Virus record (IMG/VR): IMGVR_UViG_3300025308_000004
Location: 1-50,743 of that record
Reading direction: 5' to 3' (one strand)
DNA from: a virus
Taxonomy: Duplodnaviria > Caudoviricetes
DNA: 50,743 nucleotides
In this document: positions 45,605-50,743 of the stretch, in pieces
Position numbering within the stretch: the first letter of the stretch is position 1
How the letters are laid out: each line of letters begins with the position of its first letter
Position numbers and translations under genes: made by a program
The notes under the pieces: generated by a model
What the model saw: only the letters and a program-made list of their open reading frames with translations
Told to the model about the DNA's origin: nothing
Database searches by the model: none

Positions 45605-46269
45605 AGCTTGGTAACTCCTTCGCCGTAGTCGCGATCATTAAAGTTTTCTGGTGATGCAGTTCGTTTTTGTCCAGCTGTCTTCGGCTCAAACAATCCCTGC
45701 CATCCATTTGACGCAGAATCAGCAAGCGACTGCGCGTATGGTAAACCTGCATCCTTCCACTTTCGCAGCTTATCGACTTGTGCCTGCATTTGCTCAGGAA
45801 GCATCTTTTTTCCCTTTCTGGTTTTTATCCACAATTCCCAATGACTACGATCAACCCAGTCCGGCAAGGCGAAAGCCGCGCTAGGTTTCTTCTGCTTCTT
45901 CTCTGTCTCTGTCTCTGTCTCTGTCTCTTCTCTTCTCTTCTCTGGTGCGTCATCTTGGCAACAAATTGACGCCACCTTGACGCCATCTTGCGGAGCATCT
46001 ATAAATCCATGTTCTATAAACAAGTTTAAATCTGGCTCAGTATCAAGATGGCAAAGTTTTTGAATGGCGCGAGGTGACGCCGGGATGACGCCATTGTGGT
46101 CAGCAGCAAGCAACCAGATGGCGACAAGTTGACCGCGCTGTGAGTCAGTCAGCGTTACCCACCCTATGTGGCGCATGCACTCGCGATGGATTTTTATCCA
46201 CGGCGGCTGTCCACGATCTTTCCGGTAGGATTGCCACTTGTCCCAGTTGTGAATGGTAAGGTTACTCAT
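45601..46269 (-). CDS. Phage replication initiator
   Basis: IHNWDKWQSY...PPWIK, ETETETETE linker, NGWQGLF C-terminus; upstream of the DnaC-like gene. Confidence 0.75.
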   Translation of the reverse strand: MSNLTIHNWDKWQSYRKDRGQPPWIKIHRECMRHIGWVTLTDSQRGQLVAIWLLAADHNGVIPASPRAIQKLCHLDTEPDLNLFIEHGFIDAPQDGVKVASICCQDDAPEKRREETETETETEKKQKKPSAAFALPDWVDRSHWELWIKTRKGKKMLPEQMQAQVDKLRKWKDAGLPYAQSLADSASNGWQGLFEPKTAGQKRTASPENFNDRDYGEGVTKL

Positions 46270-46270
46270 C

Positions 46271-46957
46271 TTACATGTCCTTCCCGTACCGCTTTGCCAG
46301 CCAGACAATACCCTCCGGCTCAACCTTCGTCTGAACGAATGCATGGCCGTTTGATTCGCCAGTGTGCAGGGTGAATAAGCCGCGATCAATGTAGTCTTGA
46401 AACGCCACCCAGTTACCGCCGCGCTTGAAAATCACCTTGTCGGCGGATAGTTCCGCGATGAACTCTTGCGGCTTGCGTTGCAGGATTTTTGCTACATCGG
46501 ATAGGCACTTGCTGGAACGAGCCTCAACGTAACGCTCTACGAAGGCAACGGCGGGCTTTTGTTGCTCTATCTGGGCTTGCTGTGCTTCGATGATTTCGGC
46601 TTGCTCTGCGGCTAGTCTAAGCGCGCCGGATAGCGTGGTAGGAATAGCGAACTGTTGCTGGGCTTCCAGTTCTTGCCATCGGTCGATTATTTTTGCGCGC
46701 TGGGCGATTGAGTAACCAGAGGTAAGAATCAAGGCTTCACGCTTCGGGAGGTCAACATGGCTAACCAATCCATTGCCCATGTTGTTCCATACGCGAATGC
46801 CTTTAAAATCAGGACTATCCAATTTTGGATACCCGTCTGGATAAAGTTCATCCAGCATCTTGCGAATATCTCGCAAAACATGTCCGTGTTCTTTGTCTGT
46901 TATTTCCGCAATGTCCTTGCTGGACATGGTTTGCTGGTTGCTGTGTATATGTAGCAT
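46271..46957 (-). CDS. Rha-family / antirepressor (Rha N-terminus plus KilA-C/ANT)
   Basis: [53 protein letters not shown]. Confidence 0.85.
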   Translation of the reverse strand: MLHIHSNQQTMSSKDIAEITDKEHGHVLRDIRKMLDELYPDGYPKLDSPDFKGIRVWNNMGNGLVSHVDLPKREALILTSGYSIAQRAKIIDRWQELEAQQQFAIPTTLSGALRLAAEQAEIIEAQQAQIEQQKPAVAFVERYVEARSSKCLSDVAKILQRKPQEFIAELSADKVIFKRGGNWVAFQDYIDRGLFTLHTGESNGHAFVQTKVEPEGIVWLAKRYGKDM

Positions 46958-46971
46958 TTTGCGATCCAATG

Positions 46972-47080
46972 CAAAAAAGCCTTGAGGGAATCTCCAACCA
47001 GCTAGCTGGCTTTGGTCGCGTGGAGAGTATCCACCGGAGATTCCTTCAAGGCTTACTCAAGCGTCCGACCAAGGACGACG
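46972..47080 (-). ncRNA. c4-like attenuator leader upstream of the antirepressor
   Basis: Minus strand: hairpin CGTCC-TTGGTC-GGACG, then long hairpin AAGCCTTGA.GGAATCTCC/GGAGATTCC.TCAAGGCTT containing GACCAA, then a T run. Confidence 0.6.
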
Positions 47081-47101
47081 CCGAAAGTTCAGCGCAAAAG
47101 G

Positions 47102-47129
47102 ATTATAGCGATAGCTGCGACATTTGCAA
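47102..47129 (-). promoter_or_regulatory. Promoter TTGCAA-16-TATAAT
   Basis: Perfect -10 directly upstream of the leader. Confidence 0.6.
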
Positions 47130-47130
47130 C

Positions 47131-47159
47131 AAAAAAAAGACCTGCCACTAGGACAGGTC
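47131..47159 (-). terminator. Rho-independent terminator
   Basis: GACCTG(T)CC-TAGT-GGCAGGTC followed by T8. Confidence 0.7.
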
Positions 47160-47379
47160 AAAGCCTCGGGGGAGGAGTGTAGGCTGCTGGAATAGTGGCG
47201 CGGTAGGCAAATGCCGTTCGACGTACCTTCCACTTATAGCCAGCTTGGCTTGCTGTTTTAGGCCGGGAGCCACCCCTAATACGCCTGCTATTATTCCAAC
47301 AAGGAAGGGATTGCACAACTCGCCCGCTGCAACGGCTTATAAGTACTAAGCGCAGCAATCCCTATCTTGTTAGCCCTGA

Positions 47380-47408
47380 TTGCTCAGGGGTGTTTTATGG
47401 ATTATAAG
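47380..47408 (+). promoter_or_regulatory. Pc-like promoter facing cassette array B (TTGCTC-17-TATAAG)
   Basis: Consensus similarity; 22 nt upstream of the first core site. Confidence 0.45.
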
Positions 47409-47421
47409 ACAGATTTGGGGT

Positions 47422-47775
47422 CTAACTTACGTTAGATTTTTCAACCAAGGAGGTTTTATGAGTGATTCCAATATCAAAACAATCCACGGCCTTGTTCTCG
47501 TTCAGGGCGCTTTGCTTCAAGCTATGGCGTGGAAAGAAACGAGAAAATCTGATCTTCTTTACGAATTCTCTCAGCAGTACATACCACTTATTCAAGGTCT
47601 CAATAAGAACAAAGAGCCAGATAAAGAACTTATAGCAGCGGTCGAATTGGCGTATAAATCTATATCCGCACAACTCCCCAAAAACCACAGATCGAGCATT
47701 TCTTAAATAACACCATGCCGCAGCTCTATCTGCCGCCGCTTGGTTTCTTAAAAACTGTTCTCTCGTATAAGTCAT
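47422..47775 (-). CDS. Antisense overlapping ORF in B1 (MTYTREQFLRNQAAA...)
   Basis: RBS-like GAAGGGG; first 15 codons differ from the paralogue only synonymously. Confidence 0.5.
   Translation of the reverse strand: MTYTREQFLRNQAAADRAAAWCYLRNARSVVFGELCGYRFIRQFDRCYKFFIWLFVLIETLNKWYVLLREFVKKIRFSRFFPRHSLKQSALNENKAVDCFDIGITHKTSLVEKSNVS
47458..47706 (+). CDS. Cassette B1 ORF, paralogue of 48091-48318
   Basis: AAGGAGG RBS; synonymous differences versus the paralogue. Confidence 0.75.
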   Translation: MSDSNIKTIHGLVLVQGALLQAMAWKETRKSDLLYEFSQQYIPLIQGLNKNKEPDKELIAAVELAYKSISAQLPKNHRSSIS

Positions 47776-47804
47776 GGCGTTCACCCCTTCAAAAGGAAAA
47801 TAAA

Positions 47805-48005
47805 ATGAAAAAATATATCGTAGTAATTGCGCTCTTGTTGTCTTCTACTTCTGCATTCGCTGCTTCCGCCTTCTGGACGGGTCGCCAAGAACAAGTACAA
47901 ACCGTAACTTATCAATGGGCATGGAACTGTCAGTACAACTACAACGGCCAAATATTCTGGCGCATATTCAAAATGTCTTGCCCGTCTAGTGTCGAGGTTG
48001 AATAA
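47805..48005 (+). CDS. Small secreted protein (signal peptide, two Cys)
   Basis: MKKYIVVIALLLSSTSAFA signal; AAGGA RBS; ends just before attC B1. Confidence 0.75.
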   Translation: MKKYIVVIALLLSSTSAFAASAFWTGRQEQVQTVTYQWAWNCQYNYNGQIFWRIFKMSCPSSVEVE

Positions 48006-48007
48006 AA

Positions 48008-48070
48008 ATCTAACCCGCCGTTCAACCCGGACTCCGCAAGAGCGCGGAGCCGGTTAACTCTACGTTAGAT
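48008..48070 (+). other. attC site B1 (63 nt)
   Basis: ATCTAAC-CCGCC-GTTCAACC...GGTTAAC-TCTAC-GTTAGAT. Confidence 0.92.
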
Positions 48071-48405
48071 TTTTCAACCAAGGAGGTATCATGGAATCCA
48101 GCATCAAAACAATCCACGGTCTTGTTCTCGTTCAGGGTGCATTGCTTCAAGCTATTGCTTGGTCTAAAGCGAAAAATACTGAAATTGCTTTTGAGTTTTC
48201 GCAACAGTACATGCCAATTATTCAGGGTCTCAATAAGGAAAAAGAGCCAGATAAAGAACTTATATCCGCTGTGGAAAGGGCGCACAAAACCATCTCCGCA
48301 CAACTTCCTAAAAGATAAATATCTTGTGTCTCTCACATAACACCAAGATGAGGCCTTTTCTGCTGCTGCTTGATTTCTTAAAAACTGTTCGCGTGTGTAT
48401 GTCAT
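48022..48405 (-). CDS. Antisense overlapping ORF in B2, ends within attC B1
   Basis: AAGGA RBS; N-terminus conserved with the B1 copy. Confidence 0.5.
   Translation of the reverse strand: MTYTREQFLRNQAAAEKASSWCYVRDTRYLSFRKLCGDGFVRPFHSGYKFFIWLFFLIETLNNWHVLLRKLKSNFSIFRFRPSNSLKQCTLNENKTVDCFDAGFHDTSLVEKSNVELTGSALLRSPG
48091..48318 (+). CDS. Cassette B2 ORF, paralogue of 47458-47706
   Basis: AAGGAGG RBS; IKTIHGLVLVQGALLQA shared. Confidence 0.75.
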   Translation: MESSIKTIHGLVLVQGALLQAIAWSKAKNTEIAFEFSQQYMPIIQGLNKEKEPDKELISAVERAHKTISAQLPKR

Positions 48406-48426
48406 AGTGTTTAGTCCTTTCAAAAA

Positions 48427-48489
48427 ATCTAACCTGCCGTTCAACCAGACCGCCCAACAGCGGGGCGGCTGGTTAACTCTACGTTAGGC
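48427..48489 (+). other. attC site B2 (63 nt)
   Basis: ATCTAAC-CTGCC-GTTCAACC...GGTTAAC-TCTAC-GTTAGGC. Confidence 0.92.
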
Positions 48490-48825
48490 ACATGCGCGCC
48501 CGGTCTCTAATGCTTCGGCATGACCTCTGTATGTCGCAGCCGTGGCTTCGTAGTGACTTTGCAAATTACGCAGTGCCTGTGCAAGCGTCCTTCCGTTTGC
48601 AGTGTGCAGCCACACTGCGCGCTTACCGAACCCGGCGCTTTTTGCCTCGTACCGGTCAAAATCGTTTTGTTCCCGCCTTACAATTTGTAAAGTCGAAAGG
48701 CGATTAAACCCGCTCGATTGAATCCCCGTCGCGGACAGGTAATCTGGATTACTAGATTTATGGAGTGTCCAGTTATAGCCTGGCATTATTTTTTCAATCT
48801 CTGCTCTAAATTCTGTTGCCTTCAT
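48484..48825 (-). CDS. Cassette B3 ORF (antisense), phage-type hypothetical
   Basis: GAGG RBS; stop is the TTA of the core site. Confidence 0.75.
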   Translation of the reverse strand: MKATEFRAEIEKIMPGYNWTLHKSSNPDYLSATGIQSSGFNRLSTLQIVRREQNDFDRYEAKSAGFGKRAVWLHTANGRTLAQALRNLQSHYEATAATYRGHAEALETGRACA

Positions 48826-48855
48826 GGCCTACCTCTCTGTTATTTAGTAAATACA

Positions 48856-48921
48856 GCCTAACCCAACGGTGAAGAGGGATTGAACGATAAGGCCGTTCAA
48901 CCCCTTACCTCTACGTTGGGC
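48856..48921 (+). other. attC site B3 (66 nt)
   Basis: GCCTAAC-CCAAC-GGTGAAGA...CCTTACC-TCTAC-GTTGGGC. Confidence 0.88.
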
Positions 48922-49475
48922 ACCCACCCCGGAATGTTCAGGCGTACCAGAGTGCGCTTGCAATCCTTCGCCACTGGCACGGCTTCGTGCAAGAAGGTGA
49001 GCGTATGCCCCGCCCATACCTTGCTTGGTTCAATGTCAGTGCAAAGCATCCCGCTCACGTCAATGTGCGCGCAGTCCCCTCCGCTTCTTGGCGCATCGTC
49101 GTACTCTCCGAGGTATGCATAGCTTGCCATCACGTCCGTCGCCAATATCAGCGCCTCTGGCTCGTAGGCTTCGCCTATTACATGCCTGCCGCCTCTGTGT
49201 CCGCCGCCGTGTGCGTGTAGCGCCTTATTCCAATATCCGTCCACATGCACGCCGCCCCTGCGGTGCGATGCGCCAGCCTTTACTTCAGCCTGATCTATCA
49301 TCAAGAAAATCGAACCGGGCGCATCTATCCCATCAAGCATTTGGTCAATCGTTCCCTGCCACCGCTCAAGGTCGTTTGGCAATCCGCCGCTCTTCGTAAA
49401 TTCGCGCATGTAAACGCGCTCGCCGAGGAATTGCGGAAATTTAACTGCCCCGCGCTGTTGTACGTTGCTTTGCAT
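48897..49475 (-). CDS. Cassette B4 ORF (antisense), putative 2OG-Fe(II) oxygenase-like protein
   Basis: AAGGAG RBS; HVD...HEA...RTLVR metal/2OG-like motif; stops within attC B3. Confidence 0.6.
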   Translation of the reverse strand: MQSNVQQRGAVKFPQFLGERVYMREFTKSGGLPNDLERWQGTIDQMLDGIDAPGSIFLMIDQAEVKAGASHRRGGVHVDGYWNKALHAHGGGHRGGRHVIGEAYEPEALILATDVMASYAYLGEYDDAPRSGGDCAHIDVSGMLCTDIEPSKVWAGHTLTFLHEAVPVAKDCKRTLVRLNIPGWVPNVEVRG

Positions 49476-49501
49476 TTGATTCTCCTTTTCAAAGTTTGGT
49501 T

Positions 49502-49564
49502 GCCCAACCCATCGGTGAAGCGGAGCCGCCAAAAGCGGCGTCCCGCTTACCTCAAGCGTTAGAT
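49502..49564 (+). other. attC site B4 (63 nt)
   Basis: GCCCAAC-CCATC-GGTGAAGC...GCTTACC-TCAAGC-GTTAGAT. Confidence 0.9.
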
Positions 49565-49857
49565 GACTCGCGCTCAAGCCGTGCCCGCGCTTCCCATGCT
49601 AGCCCGTCGTCAGTCAAGCTTGCCGCCATCGCTGCGCAACATTCAGAGCACCAGCGGTAGCTCATCAGTTCCCCGTCAAACACCGCCGCCAGCAGTCGCA
49701 CGCGCTCGCCTGGCACAATCTCTTGCCGACACATGCCACAGGTTCCGCCCTTGCGCGCCGTGCCGATCTTGTCCTTCAGTACCTTGTCGCTTGGGCTGCC
49801 AAAGTCGCCCTCGAATGGGTTGGTTTTCAGGCACTCGGCTTCGTCAAACGTCGTCAT
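49552..49857 (-). CDS. Cassette B5 ORF (antisense), Zn-finger protein
   Basis: ARKGGTCGMCRQEI.PGE...CSEC; coupled to the cro-like stop; ends in attC B4. Confidence 0.7.
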   Translation of the reverse strand: MTTFDEAECLKTNPFEGDFGSPSDKVLKDKIGTARKGGTCGMCRQEIVPGERVRLLAAVFDGELMSYRWCSECCAAMAASLTDDGLAWEARARLERESSNA

Positions 49858-50060
49858 CTAACCCTCCATTCTTTCGGGATTGGAATCCGCGCAGCCTTCA
49901 TGCGCCTGATGATGTTAGCCGATTGCTTATCTGTAAGCTCTTCCGGCAGATACCAGATTGCATTGTCTGCGCGCTCGCCAGCCCATCCCAATTTTTTAGC
50001 AGCTTGGCGCAATGATACTCCGTCAGCCGTTAGGTGTTTAATCAAGTCTGCTTTTTTCAT
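49854..50060 (-). CDS. Cro-like HTH regulator
   Basis: MKKADLI...SLRQAAKKLG...IWYLPEEL; first gene after the divergent promoter. Confidence 0.7.
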   Translation of the reverse strand: MKKADLIKHLTADGVSLRQAAKKLGWAGERADNAIWYLPEELTDKQSANIIRRMKAARIPIPKEWRVR

Positions 50061-50066
50061 TGGCTT

Positions 50067-50095
50067 ATTATAAGCAAAGAATAAGTGCCTTGCAA
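50067..50095 (-). promoter_or_regulatory. Leftward early promoter TTGCAA-17-TATAAT (predicts leaderless mRNA)
   Basis: Near-consensus; -10 ends 6 nt before the ATG at 50060. Confidence 0.75.
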
Positions 50096-50124
50096 TTTAT
50101 TTTTAACCAGCACGAAAAAAGTGC

Positions 50125-50152
50125 TTGCATTATTCAAAATTGCTGGCACAAT
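50125..50152 (+). promoter_or_regulatory. Possible rightward early promoter TTGCAT-16-CACAAT
   Basis: Back-to-back with the leftward promoter; weaker match. Confidence 0.4.
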
Positions 50153-50581
50153 TGGAACCACTCCAGCAGCAATGCGAAGAGTGAAACGAACCGGAGCGCA
50201 AACGCAGTGCAGACTACCGCACCTTATCTACAGATCATCGTAGATCGGACAAACGTAAACCCTTAAGCGCAGACGTTACGAGATACACATTGCCGAAACC
50301 AAATCAACGGTGGAGAGCTGAATAGAATCTCTGTTCGCAGGGGATTGAATGTAGTGGATAGCAGTGGATGTTGCAATCGGCGTTGCCAAGATTCTGTTTG
50401 CTGGCGCTATTGGCGGAATCAGCGCAATGGTATTCGTAATTCCAGGTATCGCATTTTTGAAAAGCTGACGATTGAGTAATACGGATGGCGGCCACCCGAA
50501 CCAAACCGCCCGACCAAAGGATGTTCGACAGATTCCTTTCCAGCCTTGGACGGCACTTATTAACCAAATTGGAGATAGCAA

Positions 50582-50743
50582 ATGATACTGATAGACGGAG
50601 TTTGTTTCAAAACAATCGAAAGCGCAGCAAGTGCGCTTGTCGTGGCAAAGAAAGTTGAAATCTACAACCTGCCGCTGGTCACCGCGCTGCCTGATTTGCC
50701 AGCAGCGACTGATGTGCGCTTCTACAACATGCCGCTGGTCACC
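50582..50743 (+). CDS. LRR protein, N-terminal part (continues at nt 1)
   Basis: GGAG RBS; MILIDGVCFKTIESAASALVVAKKVEIYNLPLVTALPDLPAATDVRFYNMPLVT. Confidence 0.8.
   Translation, partial: MILIDGVCFKTIESAASALVVAKKVEIYNLPLVTALPDLPAATDVRFYNMPLVT

Larger units (their letters stand above)
47420..49862 (+). mobile_element. Integron-type gene cassette array B (5 cassettes, no integrase)
   Basis: Four complete attC, compact GTCTAAC-TTAC-GTTAGAT site at the left end, lone R'' at the right end; 7-11 nt start/R'' complementarity for every cassette. Confidence 0.88.

Noticed and set aside
48008-49564. Interpreting the hairpins as rho-independent terminators or REP elements
   Set aside because: No U tracts, sequences differ from each other, and they carry attC box spacing plus cassette-specific end complementarity

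Overview
The window looks like an essentially complete ~50.7 kb P22-like (podovirus-type) dsDNA phage genome. It is cut inside a 60-nt tandem repeat gene: the last 80 nt match nt 1-80 at 79/80 positions. A rightward early arm (50582 through the junction to 10575) encodes an LRR-repeat protein, Bet/RecT, a YqaJ exonuclease, a MazG-like protein and many small ORFs. A long leftward arm (50060 to 10570) runs: Cro-like regulator, Rha/antirepressor, replication initiator and DnaC-like loader, DNA methyltransferase, NinG, terminases, portal, scaffold, P22-type coat, tail and ejection proteins, tail fibre, papain-like protease, lysis genes. I recognise no integrase, CI repressor or tRNA. The most striking signal is two arrays of integron-type gene cassettes embedded in the early leftward operon (39.6-41.3 kb and 47.4-49.9 kb), with 8 well-formed attC sites plus partial ones and no integron integrase. 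Most cassette ORFs are on the strand opposite to the canonical one, and several start or stop inside the attC hairpins. Other notable features: a solitary type I-E CRISPR repeat abutting the last attC; an acr-aca-like small operon; a methyltransferase intein hiding an out-of-frame HNH gene; two c4-like RNA leaders; and an LRR gene whose repeats vary mainly at predicted binding-face residues. All family assignments come from recalled motifs and synteny, not database searches.
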